From Candidatus Krumholzibacteriia bacterium (lineage in GTDB: Bacteria > Krumholzibacteriota > Krumholzibacteriia > LZORAL124-64-63): a stretch of 64,000 bases of DNA. Where the stretch lies: NCBI GenBank assembly GCA_046484865.1, contig JAWOID010000071.1:14953-78952 (forward strand), read 5' to 3'. A program made the position numbers and the translations under genes. The notes beneath the pieces are model-generated. The model ran no database searches, was not told the DNA's origin, and saw only the letters and a program-made list of their open reading frames with translations. Below, one piece after another: positions 21,844 to 31,142 of this stretch; the first letter of the stretch is position 1; each line of letters begins with the position of its first letter.

Positions 21844-23046
21844 TCACTCGGCTTCACCCCGGAACACCGCCAGCAGCCGCCGGGCGGCCGCCACCGGGGT
21901 GGTCTCCCCGCCGGTGACCCGCCGCTCCAGTTCGGGCAGCAGGCTCTGCACTCCCGGATGCGAGTGGAACGCGTCCTCGAGCTGTTCCCGCACCAGATCG
22001 TGGACCCACGCGCGCTCCTGCTCGCGGCGCCGCCGCTCCAGGGCGCCGGTGCGTCGGCCCCGGGCCGCGAACTCCTCCACCATCTCCCACACGACGTCGA
22101 TGCCCTCGCCGGTGACCGCCGAGCAGGTGAGGGCCCGCGTGATCCAGTCCTCGCTGGCGGGACGCAGGTAGTGCAGGGCGCGCTCGTACTCGGCGCGGGT
22201 GAACTCCGCAGCCGGCCGACCCGGTCCGTCGGCCTTGTTGATGACCACCGCGTCGGCCAGCTCGATCACGCCCTTCTTCAGTCCCTGCAACTCGTCCCCC
22301 GCCCCCGCAATGAGCAGGAGCAGGAAGAAGTCGACCATGCCCCGCACCTGGCTCTCGCTCTGTCCCACCCCCACCGTCTCCACGAGGACGACGTCGTAGC
22401 CGGCCGTCTCGAAGAGCAGGATGGTCTCGCGGGTCTTGCGGGTCACGCCGCCCAGGGTGCCGCCCGAGGGTGAGGGTCGGATGAAGGCGCCGGGGTCGAC
22501 GGACAGCCGCTCCATGCGCGTCTTGTCGCCGAGCAGGCTGCCGCCGGAGACGGAGCTGGAGGGATCGACGGCGGTCACCGCCACCCGGTGGCCGGCGCCG
22601 GTGAGTCGCGTCCCCAGGGTCTCGATGAAGGTGGACTTGCCGGCTCCCGGCACGCCCGTGATCCCCACCCTCAGCGCCGGCCGGCGGTGAGGCAGCAGCG
22701 CCTGAACCAGCTCCTGCGCCTGCTCGAAGTGGGCGGCCGCGTTGCTCTCCACCAGGGTGATGGCGCGGGCGAGGATTCCGCGATCGCCGGCCAGCACCCC
22801 CTCCACGTAGTCGCGCAGGCCGAGCTGGCGACGTCGCGGACCCGCGTCCCCGCCTTCGGGCAGGGCACGACCGGTGGCGCCGCGGACGCCCGCCCGCAGG
22901 CGCAGGGCAGAGGGCGGCGGAACCTCGCCGGAGCCGTCCGCCCGCCGGCCCGTATCGCCGTCTGCGGCCGGGTCGCCGTTACGGTCCGGCTCCGCGTCTG
23001 CCGGCGGCCGCCGCGGATCCCGATCGTGATTCCGGTCTTCGTCCAT
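21844..23046 (-). CDS. meaB: Methylmalonyl-CoA mutase-associated GTPase MeaB/ArgK
   Basis: P-loop GITGVPGAGKSTFIETLG, VAVTAVDPSS, VLVETVGVGQSE and INKADG. The N-terminal ~70 aa is a D/R/P/G-rich extension, so the start is uncertain. Confidence 0.9.
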   Translation of the reverse strand: MDEDRNHDRDPRRPPADAEPDRNGDPAADGDTGRRADGSGEVPPPSALRLRAGVRGATGRALPEGGDAGPRRRQLGLRDYVEGVLAGDRGILARAITLVESNAAAHFEQAQELVQALLPHRRPALRVGITGVPGAGKSTFIETLGTRLTGAGHRVAVTAVDPSSSVSGGSLLGDKTRMERLSVDPGAFIRPSPSGGTLGGVTRKTRETILLFETAGYDVVLVETVGVGQSESQVRGMVDFFLLLLIAGAGDELQGLKKGVIELADAVVINKADGPGRPAAEFTRAEYERALHYLRPASEDWITRALTCSAVTGEGIDVVWEMVEEFAARGRRTGALERRRREQERAWVHDLVREQLEDAFHSHPGVQSLLPELERRVTGGETTPVAAARRLLAVFRGEAE

Positions 23047-23059
23047 CGAATCGCGCCGC

Positions 23060-24562
23060 CTAGGCGCCGCCTGCGCGCCGGTTGGCCACCTCCCAGGCGG
23101 TGCGGAACCCGAGCCGGACCAGTTCCTGGAAGAGCGGACCGTTCAGGGTCTCCGGCCGGTCGCCGGGTCGGTGCAGGTGGGTATAGCTGCCGGTGGTGGC
23201 GAAGTAGAGGGTGGGGACGCCGCCCTGGTGGAATGGCGCGGCATCGGCGCCGCCGCCGCCCCAGGTGCGGGCCACGCTCCAGCCCGCGTGCCCGGCGTCG
23301 AGGTCGCGGGCCAGCCGCCACAGCTCCGGCGAGGTGTCGCCGCTGCCGAGCTGGATGCTGTCGCCGTGGGCCACGCAATCGAAGTTGAGCATGGCCGCCG
23401 TGCGCTCCAGCGGCAGCACCGGATGGTCCACGTAGTGGCGCGATCCGTTCAGCCCCTGCTCCTCGGAGGCGAACAGGACGAACACCAGGCTGCGGGCCGG
23501 GCGCTCGCCGGCGGTCGCGAACGCCCGCGCCAGAGCGATGATCGCGGCGGCGCCGCTGGCGTTGTCGTTGGCGCCCGGCAGGTACAGCTCGGGCGACTGC
23601 CGCCCGACGTGGTCGAGATGGGCGCCGAGCACGACGCACTCGCGGCTCAGCTCGGGATCGGCCCCCGGCAGCACGGCCACCACGTTGCACGTCTCGCGGG
23701 CGGCATCGTACCGGGCGCGCACGTCGATCTCCACCTGCGCCGCCAGGGGCCGAGGCGCGGGCGCTTTCCCGGCATCGAGGGCCTCACGAGCTGCCAGCAG
23801 GCGTCCCTCGCCGCCCAGCAACACGTCCGCGAACTCCATCGAGATCTCCAGCTGCGGGAAGTCCGGATCCTGCTCGCCGGAACCGTGCAGGACGCTCGCG
23901 ATGGGCGCCGACGGACGGTCACCCCGCGGCGGCTGCACCCAGAGCATCGCCCGCGCGCCGTGCGCCGCGGCCCAGGCGGCCTTGGGGCGAGGCGTGCTCG
24001 CGTCCCAGCCCCAGCTCTCGCCGTCGGCGGGCCGCCACGGCGGAGCCGGCTTGAGGCAGAGCACCACGTGGCCGGTGACGTCCGCCCCGGCGTAATCGTC
24101 GTGTCCCCGGTCGGGCAGCGATACGCCGTAACCCACGAACGTGACCGGCGCGACCACCCGGCCCGAACCGGTGAAGCCCCGGCAGAGGAAGTCCTCGCCC
24201 AGCACGGCGTGCCGCACCCGCCCGTCCGCGGTGGCCACCGTCAGGTGCGGCGTGCCCACGATCTCGTTGTACTCGACCGCGAGGGTCTGACGGAAGCCGG
24301 CGTCGCCCGCCGGCTCGAGGCCCAGCGCGGCGAACCGGTCCGTCGCCCAGCGCACGGCGGCCTCGTAGCCCCGCCCCCCGGACAGCCGGCCGTCGCGCTC
24401 GGGGGCGGCGAGCCAGGCCACGTCGTCCAGCAATTCGGCCGCGACGATGGTCTGCGCGCCGCGTTCCCGGTCGGCCGTGGTCGCCCCGGCCGCCGCCGTC
24501 CCCATCGACAAGACGGCGAGGGCCGCCAGGACCGATACCATCGACAACGTACCCTGCGCCAC
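23060..24562 (-). CDS. Secreted M28-family aminopeptidase with PA domain
   Basis: GTG start 6 nt after GGGAGAA. Signal peptide MVSVLAALAVLSMGTAAAG. Motifs GAHLDHVG, GANDNASGAAAIIALARAF, FASEEQGLNGS and HLHRPGD. Confidence 0.85.
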   Translation of the reverse strand: MAQGTLSMVSVLAALAVLSMGTAAAGATTADRERGAQTIVAAELLDDVAWLAAPERDGRLSGGRGYEAAVRWATDRFAALGLEPAGDAGFRQTLAVEYNEIVGTPHLTVATADGRVRHAVLGEDFLCRGFTGSGRVVAPVTFVGYGVSLPDRGHDDYAGADVTGHVVLCLKPAPPWRPADGESWGWDASTPRPKAAWAAAHGARAMLWVQPPRGDRPSAPIASVLHGSGEQDPDFPQLEISMEFADVLLGGEGRLLAAREALDAGKAPAPRPLAAQVEIDVRARYDAARETCNVVAVLPGADPELSRECVVLGAHLDHVGRQSPELYLPGANDNASGAAAIIALARAFATAGERPARSLVFVLFASEEQGLNGSRHYVDHPVLPLERTAAMLNFDCVAHGDSIQLGSGDTSPELWRLARDLDAGHAGWSVARTWGGGGADAAPFHQGGVPTLYFATTGSYTHLHRPGDRPETLNGPLFQELVRLGFRTAWEVANRRAGGA

Positions 24563-24677
24563 CTTCGGTTCTCCCGTCTGCAGGATGGCTTCCCCGCGGC
24601 GGCGGCCGCCATCACGGCGGCGGCCGAACTCTCCGCATGGTAACAGGCGGCCTTCCCCCGGGCAAATGGCGGCGGGA

Positions 24678-25136
24678 TCACTCCTCGTGAGCCGTGCGGG
24701 CCTGCTGCAACTCGGGCATCTGGTTCAGCACGCGAGCCACGGGCTCGTCGCCGGCGGTCGATCGGGCGAAGGCGACGAATCTCGCCACGAAGTGGGAGGC
24801 CTTCTCGCCACCGAGACCCGAGCGGCGCAGCAGACTGACGGCCTCCATGGTGGAGCCGGCGTTGCCGAGCACACGGCGCGCCTTGCCGAGGAACCCGCCC
24901 ATCAGGCCGCCTCCGGCCGGTTCCTGCTCCGCCGCGGCCAGGGCGCGATCGGCGCCCGGCAAGCGTCCGATCAGGACGTCGGCGTCGGCCCCCGCGCGTT
25001 GACGCGCATACTTCAGCAGGGCTCCGACCGCGCGCAGGGCGTCGTCCCGCCCGATGCCGAGCTCTTCTCCGGCCTGGTTCGCGAACTCCTCGACGGAGCC
25101 CGGTCCGCCGGCAGGAGGCGTGGTTCCGGTGGTCAT
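24678..25136 (-). CDS. DUF2780-like protein (VcgC/VcgE family), tentative
   Basis: ATG at 25136 follows GAGGAGAGG. Two similar halves (GIGRDDALRAVGALLKYAR... and GLGGEKASHFVARFVAFAR...) are separated by a Gly-rich GGGLMGGFLG segment, as I recall for DUF2780. Confidence 0.5.
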   Translation of the reverse strand: MTTGTTPPAGGPGSVEEFANQAGEELGIGRDDALRAVGALLKYARQRAGADADVLIGRLPGADRALAAAEQEPAGGGLMGGFLGKARRVLGNAGSTMEAVSLLRRSGLGGEKASHFVARFVAFARSTAGDEPVARVLNQMPELQQARTAHEE

Positions 25137-25188
25137 GATCCTCTCCTCGCTGGTTGCGCGGCGGACGCGCCGGGCGCTTCGCCGCCTG

Positions 25189-26046
25189 TCAGATCCCGTC
25201 GCGCAGTCGCTCGTAGTTGCGCTGCACGACCAGATGGCCGTAGCGCCGCTCCAGCCGCCGCACCGTGAAGTGCCCGCGCGCCACATCCTGGAAGTGGTCC
25301 ACGAACAGTAGATTGATGCCGGCCCCGCCGATCGCGCCCAGCACGGGGACGGCCTGGGCCGCCACCTTCTCCGAGACCACCACGCCGAAGCGTGCCGAGA
25401 TCTGGCTGACCAGCCGCGCCAGGACCGGCGCGCCCTTGCCGGCGAGGCCGCGCTCGGCGAGGTGGCGGCTGGCGTCGGTCACCGCCCGGGCGAGCGCGGC
25501 CCGCACGGCGTAGTAGCCCGTCTCGGCGCCGTCGTCGGCGACCGTTCGTCCGCCCAGCGCGAACACCTCCAGGCACGACAGGCGCGCCTCCACCCGCGTG
25601 AAGTCCTCGCCCTCGCTGCGGGCGATGTCGGCGATGGACCGCAGGATGATGGTGGTGGAGATGGGCAGTTCCACCAGCAGCGCCGGGGTGCCGAAGAACC
25701 CCCCGACCGCCCCGCTGGCGCCCGACGCCACGCGGTGGAACCTGGATCGTCCGCGAAGCGTACCGCCCGGCCGGCGGTCCTCGTCCTCCAGGGTACGGAT
25801 CGCCACGTCCAGCAGCTTCTCCAGGGTGATGCGGACCGCCTGCTGCACGCGCTCGGTCATCTGCCCCGGCAGGAAGCGCGCCGCCTTCTCCAGGGGCTCG
25901 CCCACGAGGTCGGTCAGCCGGGCGACGAAGCCGGGATTCTCCAGGCGGCGCACCGCCTCGCGCAGCGCCGCCAGGTCGGCCTCGGTCATCTCGTCGCCCC
26001 GGGCGACGTTCCCGCCCGCAAGGTCTTTCACGTCGTCGGCCGTCAC
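25189..26046 (-). CDS. EcsC-family protein
   Basis: GTG at 26046 overlaps the upstream stop as GTGA; the alternative start is ATG at 25989. GASGAVGGFFGTPALLVELPISTTIILRSIADIARSEGED and the Gly-rich GAIGGAGINLLF match my recollection of the EcsC family. The rest of the 941-aa track ORF is rejected. Confidence 0.65.
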   Translation of the reverse strand: MTADDVKDLAGGNVARGDEMTEADLAALREAVRRLENPGFVARLTDLVGEPLEKAARFLPGQMTERVQQAVRITLEKLLDVAIRTLEDEDRRPGGTLRGRSRFHRVASGASGAVGGFFGTPALLVELPISTTIILRSIADIARSEGEDFTRVEARLSCLEVFALGGRTVADDGAETGYYAVRAALARAVTDASRHLAERGLAGKGAPVLARLVSQISARFGVVVSEKVAAQAVPVLGAIGGAGINLLFVDHFQDVARGHFTVRRLERRYGHLVVQRNYERLRDGI

Positions 26047-26777
26047 GGTGTCGTCACCTCCACGACCCGGAAGGTCTCCTCGCCCGGCCGGGCCGCCGCG
26101 AGTACCGGGACGGACACGTTGTACACGGGGACGCCCCTGGCGGTGCGCCCCTCGGGTGATCCGTGATGGGCGTGTCCGTGGAAGACCGCCGCCACCTCGT
26201 GGCGGTTGAGCGGCTCCTCCAGCCGGGTGGTGCCGAGAAAGGGGTAGAGTTCGCGCGGTTCGCCCTCGACGGTGTCCGGCACGGGCGCGTAGTGGAGCAG
26301 GACCACCCGCGGCCCGTCGTCGAGCGTGGAGAGGGCCTGCTCGAGCTTGAGGACCTCGTCCACGGCCGCCTGGACGAACTGCTTGATGAGCGATTCGCCC
26401 CAGGCGCTCAGGACGTAACGCCCGAAGCCGCCGCCGAAGCCCGCCACGCCGGCGAACCCCACGTCGAGCACGCGGATGCTCTCCCCGTCCAGGATCCGTA
26501 GCCCGGCACCGCCGAGGATCTCGCGCACGACCGGCGCCTCCCCGCTCTCGAAATCGTGATTGCCCAGCACGCCGACGGCGGGGATGCGGACCACCTCGCG
26601 CAGGTCGGCCGCCATCAGTTCCGCCTCCGCGGGCGTCCCGTAGGCCGTCATGTCGCCGCAGACGAGCAGGACGTCGGCCGCCGCGGCTGCGGCCTCCAGG
26701 AGCCCCCGCTTGACCTCCCGTGATCCCTGGCCGTAGTGGATGTCCGCCAGCGCGGCGATCCGGACCTTCCCCGGCAT
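26043..26777 (-). CDS. Metallophosphoesterase (calcineurin-like)
   Basis: ATG at 26777 follows GGAAGGAG. Motifs ALADIHYG, VCGDMT, GNHDFE, LLHYAP and FHGHAHHG. Confidence 0.8.
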   Translation of the reverse strand: MPGKVRIAALADIHYGQGSREVKRGLLEAAAAAADVLLVCGDMTAYGTPAEAELMAADLREVVRIPAVGVLGNHDFESGEAPVVREILGGAGLRILDGESIRVLDVGFAGVAGFGGGFGRYVLSAWGESLIKQFVQAAVDEVLKLEQALSTLDDGPRVVLLHYAPVPDTVEGEPRELYPFLGTTRLEEPLNRHEVAAVFHGHAHHGSPEGRTARGVPVYNVSVPVLAAARPGEETFRVVEVTTP

Positions 26778-26883
26778 GCTGCTCCTTCCCTCTGAACCGC
26801 CCCGACTGCGGAGCGGGACGTTCATGGGTACATATACAGATCGTCGGGATCGCTGGCACCCGCACCTCCTGGGAGAGCGCCCC

Positions 26884-27780
26884 ATGACCCGCGACAAGGC
26901 CGACCACGGACTGCCCACCGGGGACGATGCGCAGTTCCCGGACACGGACCGGGCCGATACGCGTCGTGAGCTCGACGCCGATCCGGCGCCCTTCAGCGGC
27001 GGACAGGACGCCTTCTACCGCGAGGCGATGGAGTTGCTCGAGAGCGCCGGGGTGCCGTACCTGGTCGGCGGTGCGTATGCCCTGCGCACCTACACCGGGA
27101 TCGAGCGGGACACCAAGGATTTCGACGTCTTCATCCTGCGCGAGGACGTGGATCGCGCACTCGCCACCCTCGCATCCTCCGGCATGACCGCCACCATCCC
27201 CTTTCCGCACTGGCTGGCGAAGGCGTCGCGCGGCGAGGAATCGCTCGACCTCATCTTCAGCAGCGGCAACGGCGTGGCGGGAGTGGACGAGTCGTGGTTC
27301 TCCGAGGCTGCGGTCCACGAGGTGTTCGGACGCCCGGTGAAAGTCTGCCCCATCGAGGAGATCATCTGGTCGAAGGCCTTCATCATGGAACGCGAGCGCT
27401 TCGACGGGGCGGACGTCCTGCACCTGCTTCATCACCGCGCCCACGAGATCCGCTGGGATCACCTGCTCGAGCGCTTCGGCCCGAACTGGCGCGTGCTGCT
27501 GGCGCACCTGGTGCTGTTCGGCTTCGCCTATCCCAACGATCGCCAGCGCATTCCCCACGGCGTGGTGGACGGACTGGTCGATCGGCTGCGGCGGCAGGAG
27601 GCCCGCCGGCCGCCGACGGGTCGCGTCTGCCGCGGCACCTTGCTCAGCCGCGCGCAGTACCTGGTGGACATCGTCCGCTGGGGCTACAACGACGCCCGGC
27701 TGGCTCCGCACGGCTCGCTCACCGAGGAGGACGTCGAACGCTGGACCGCCCCCCTGGAAGACGGCGAGATCCCCCGCTGA
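26884..27780 (+). CDS. Pol-beta-superfamily nucleotidyltransferase-like protein (uncharacterised family)
   Basis: ATG at 26884 lies 6 nt after GGGAGAG; the alternative is ATG at 26824. VPYLVGGAYALRTYTGIERDTKDFDVFI has the G[GS]-x(n)-DxD minimal NTase pattern. Divergent from the phosphoesterase gene. Confidence 0.55.
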   Translation: MTRDKADHGLPTGDDAQFPDTDRADTRRELDADPAPFSGGQDAFYREAMELLESAGVPYLVGGAYALRTYTGIERDTKDFDVFILREDVDRALATLASSGMTATIPFPHWLAKASRGEESLDLIFSSGNGVAGVDESWFSEAAVHEVFGRPVKVCPIEEIIWSKAFIMERERFDGADVLHLLHHRAHEIRWDHLLERFGPNWRVLLAHLVLFGFAYPNDRQRIPHGVVDGLVDRLRRQEARRPPTGRVCRGTLLSRAQYLVDIVRWGYNDARLAPHGSLTEEDVERWTAPLEDGEIPR

Positions 27781-27789
27781 ACGTCGCGG

Positions 27790-27815
27790 GACGGCCGGCT
27801 TGCCATTCGGCCGTC
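27790..27815 (+). terminator. Weak hairpin (8-bp stem) after the nucleotidyltransferase-like gene
   Basis: GACGGCCG (27790-27797) pairs with CGGCCGTC (27808-27815), with a 10-nt loop and no T-tract. Confidence 0.3.
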
Positions 27816-27868
27816 GCTGCCGGCGCGGGTGTGGGCACGATCGGGGAGAACACGACGAGGCCGCGCGC

Positions 27869-30800
27869 ATGAGATCCCGACCGCTGCCGTCGACGCCACT
27901 CCCGGCGATGCCGCTCGCGGCGATGCTGTTCACGGCGGCGCTGCTCACGGCAGCGCTGCTCGCCGCGGCGATGCCGCCGGCCGCCGCGCAGGCGCAGGGC
28001 TTCGGCCGCAACAAGGTCCAGTACGAGCGCTTCGACTTCCAGGTCGTCGAGACCGAACACTTCCAGATCTACCACTACCTGGACGACCCCGCGGTGGTGG
28101 ACGACCACGCGCGCATGGCCGAGCGCTGGTACGCGCGCCTGCGCAGGGTGTTCGGGTCGGACCTGGAGCCCGGACAGCCGCTCGTCCTCTACGCGAACCA
28201 CGCCGACTTCCAGCAGACCAACGTGGTCAACGTGCTGCTCAACCAGGGTACAGGCGGGGTGACCGAGGGCCTCAAGAACCGCATCGTCCTGCCCCTGACT
28301 CCTCTTTACGAGGAGAACGACCACGTCATCGGCCACGAACTGGTGCACGCGTTCCAGTTCACCATCATGAACGAGCTGGGCCGGCGCTACGGAGCCCAGC
28401 GGCGTCTGCCGCTGTGGTTCGTGGAGGGCATGGCCGAGTACCTGAGCGTCGGCGGCAGCGGCGCCCTGACCGCGATGTGGCTGCGCGATGCGGCTCTGCG
28501 CGACGAGATCCCCACCATCGAGGACCTCGGCCATCCGCGCTACTTCCCCTACCGCTGGGGCCACGCCCTCTGGGCCTGGCTCGCCAGCCACTGGGGGGAT
28601 GAATCCGTGGACCTGCTCATGCGCCGGACCGTGCAACTGGGGTTCGACGCTGCGCTCGAGCAGGTGCTGGGTCTCACGCTGGACGACGCCGGCGAGCGGT
28701 TCCAGGAGGACGTCCGCCGCACGGCCGCCGCCCAGCTCACTGATCGCATCCCGCCGCAGGAGACCGGCGAGCCGCTCGCGCTGGAAGGTCTCGGCTACAA
28801 CTTCGCGCCGGCCCTGAGCCCGGACGGCCGCACCATGGCCCTGCTCTCGCAGCAGGAGATCCACTCGATCGACCTGTATCTCGTGGACGCCGTCACCGGC
28901 GAGGTGCAGGAGAAGCTCGCCGACTCGCGCACCGACGAACACTTCGATGCGTTGCGGTTCATGAATTCTGCGGGCGCCTGGTCGCCGGACGGCCGCCGGT
29001 TCGCCTTCGTCGTCTTCGCCGAGGGAGACAACCGGGTGGCCCTGCTCGACGTGGCGAGCCGGCAGGTGGAGCGCACCGTGGAACTGGACGGCGTGGACGC
29101 CATCACCGATCTGGCCTGGTCGCCGGACGGCACCACCCTTGCCGTGGCCGGCACGGCGCGCGGGCGCGGCGACCTGTTCCTGTACCGCCTCGACGACGGT
29201 TCGCTGGAGCAGCTCACCGACGACGCCCACGGCGAGATCATGCCCGCCTGGTCGCCCGACGGTCGCATGCTGGCGTTCGTCACCGACCGGGGCGCCGACA
29301 CCGACCTGCAGGAGCTGCGTTTCGGTAGCCTCAAGATCGGTCTCCTGGACTTCCGTACCGGGCGGATCGCCCTGGTGGCGCTGGACGGGCGCACGCGGCA
29401 CATCAGCCCGCAGTTCTCGCCGGACGGACACAGTTTGTACTTCATCGGCGCGCCCGACGGGTTCAGCGACGTGTTCCGGTACGATCTCGGCGACAGCACC
29501 TTCCACCGGGTCACGCGCGTGGCCACCGGGGTGACCGGGCTGACCGGGAACTCGCCCGCGCTCTCGGTCGCCCGGGAGACCGGCAGACTGGCGTTCACGG
29601 TCTTCCACGACACCGAGTACCTGGTACGCACCTTGCCGGCGGAGGCCGCGCAAGGCGAGCCGCTGCCGCCCGCCCCCGCCGCGGCCCTGGAGGCGGCCGA
29701 CGTCGTGCGTCCGGGAGCACGGCTGCCCCCCCTGGACGGCGAGCCCGGTCTGGTGGACGCCTACCTGTCCGAACCCCTGGAGGGCCTGCCCCGCACGGCG
29801 GACTACCCGCAGGAGGAGTACGATCCGGACATCAGCCTCGTCCACGTGGGGCAATCGGGCGTGGGCGTGTCGGTGGACCGGTTCGGAACCAACCTCGGCG
29901 GCGGCGCCACCTTCCTGTTCAGCGACATGCTGGGCAACCGGATCCTGAGCCTCACCGCCATGCTCCAGGGCAGCTTCGACAACGCCGGCGCCGAGGCCGT
30001 GTACCAGAACCTCGGCGGCCGCTGGAACTGGGGTGTGGCGGCCGGCCACATCCCGTACCGGTCGGCGTTTCTCTCGGTGCGGCGCGGTACCGAGGAGGTG
30101 GACGGCGAGGTGCGGGACACCCTCATCCAGGAGTTGATCATCGAACACACCGCGGTGGACCGGGCGGCGGGGGTGGTCGAGTACCCGCTGTCGGTGAACC
30201 GGCGCTGGGAACTGGCCGCCGGCTACAGCCGCATCAGCTACCACTACGAGAGCCAGGTGGTGGAGTATCTCGACGACGTGCTCATCCGGGCGGAGGAGCG
30301 CGACCTGCCGGATCCGGCCGGACTGGACCTCTTCGAGTCGTCGCTGGCGTACGTGGGCGACTACTCGTTCTTCGGCTTCACCAGCCCCGTCACCGGCAAG
30401 CGCTTCCGCCTGGAGGTCTCGCCCACCTTCGGCACGCTCGACTACGCCACGGTGCTGGCCGACTACCGGCACTACTTCCAGCTGGCGCCGGCGTTGACGC
30501 TCGCGATGCGCGGACTGCACTACGGTCGCTATCTGGGCGACGCGGAGGACCGCCGCCTCTCGAGCCTCTACGTGGGGCAGCCCACGCTGGTGCGCGGCTA
30601 CGAGCTGGAGGACATCAGGCTGGTGGAGTGCACCGAGGTGGGGCCGGACCGCCGCTGCGCGGAAGTGGACCGGCTCATCGGCTCGCGCCTCGGCGTGCTG
30701 AACCTGGAGCTGCGGGTGCCGGTGCTCGGGACCGAGGCGTATGGTCTGGTGGACTTCCCCTGGCTGCCCACCGAGCTGGCGCTGTTCCTCGACGGCGGCG

Positions 30801-30997
30801 TGGCCTGGACGGAGGCCGACGAACCCGTGTTCGAGCTGGTGCGGGAGTCGACCCAGCGGGTGCCGGTCTTCAGCGCCGGCGTGGCGGCGCGGATGAACCT
30901 CTTCGGGGTCCTGGTCCTGCAGACGTACCTGGCCCTCCCCTTCCAGCGCCCGCACGAGGACAGCACGTTCGGATTCGTGCTGGCCCCCGGCTGGTGA
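27869..30997 (+). CDS. Outer-membrane fusion protein: signal peptide + MA-clan HExxH peptidase-like domain + TolB/PD40 beta-propeller + C-terminal Omp85/D15-type beta-barrel
   Basis: ATG at 27869. Signal LAAMLFTAALLTAALLAAAMPPAAAQA. HELVH at 28334-28348, followed by WFVEGMAEY. At least 5 SPDG PD40 repeats. C-terminal region has alternating hydrophobic beta-strands (LNLELRVPV, VFSAGVAARMNLFG) and ends GFVLAPGW with a terminal aromatic residue. Confidence 0.75.
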   Translation: MRSRPLPSTPLPAMPLAAMLFTAALLTAALLAAAMPPAAAQAQGFGRNKVQYERFDFQVVETEHFQIYHYLDDPAVVDDHARMAERWYARLRRVFGSDLEPGQPLVLYANHADFQQTNVVNVLLNQGTGGVTEGLKNRIVLPLTPLYEENDHVIGHELVHAFQFTIMNELGRRYGAQRRLPLWFVEGMAEYLSVGGSGALTAMWLRDAALRDEIPTIEDLGHPRYFPYRWGHALWAWLASHWGDESVDLLMRRTVQLGFDAALEQVLGLTLDDAGERFQEDVRRTAAAQLTDRIPPQETGEPLALEGLGYNFAPALSPDGRTMALLSQQEIHSIDLYLVDAVTGEVQEKLADSRTDEHFDALRFMNSAGAWSPDGRRFAFVVFAEGDNRVALLDVASRQVERTVELDGVDAITDLAWSPDGTTLAVAGTARGRGDLFLYRLDDGSLEQLTDDAHGEIMPAWSPDGRMLAFVTDRGADTDLQELRFGSLKIGLLDFRTGRIALVALDGRTRHISPQFSPDGHSLYFIGAPDGFSDVFRYDLGDSTFHRVTRVATGVTGLTGNSPALSVARETGRLAFTVFHDTEYLVRTLPAEAAQGEPLPPAPAAALEAADVVRPGARLPPLDGEPGLVDAYLSEPLEGLPRTADYPQEEYDPDISLVHVGQSGVGVSVDRFGTNLGGGATFLFSDMLGNRILSLTAMLQGSFDNAGAEAVYQNLGGRWNWGVAAGHIPYRSAFLSVRRGTEEVDGEVRDTLIQELIIEHTAVDRAAGVVEYPLSVNRRWELAAGYSRISYHYESQVVEYLDDVLIRAEERDLPDPAGLDLFESSLAYVGDYSFFGFTSPVTGKRFRLEVSPTFGTLDYATVLADYRHYFQLAPALTLAMRGLHYGRYLGDAEDRRLSSLYVGQPTLVRGYELEDIRLVECTEVGPDRRCAEVDRLIGSRLGVLNLELRVPVLGTEAYGLVDFPWLPTELALFLDGGVAWTEADEPVFELVRESTQRVPVFSAGVAARMNLFGVLVLQTYLALPFQRPHEDSTFGFVLAPGW

Positions 30998-31142
30998 GCG
31001 GGTCGACCCGGACGGACCCCCGCCGGACGGCCCCGGGGCGACGGCGCAGCCAATCGGGCCTGCCCCGATGGGCGGTCGCCCGGCCCCCGACTGCGTTGTG
31101 GATGGTGCGCGCATTCCGGATCGTTGCGGAAGGAGACAGAGC

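Noticed and set aside
25189-28014. 941-aa minus-strand ORF
   Set aside because: Only the C-terminal 286 codons (EcsC-like) look like protein. The upstream part overlaps the metallophosphoesterase gene out of frame and is antisense to the nucleotidyltransferase-like gene, and it is R/G/P-rich.
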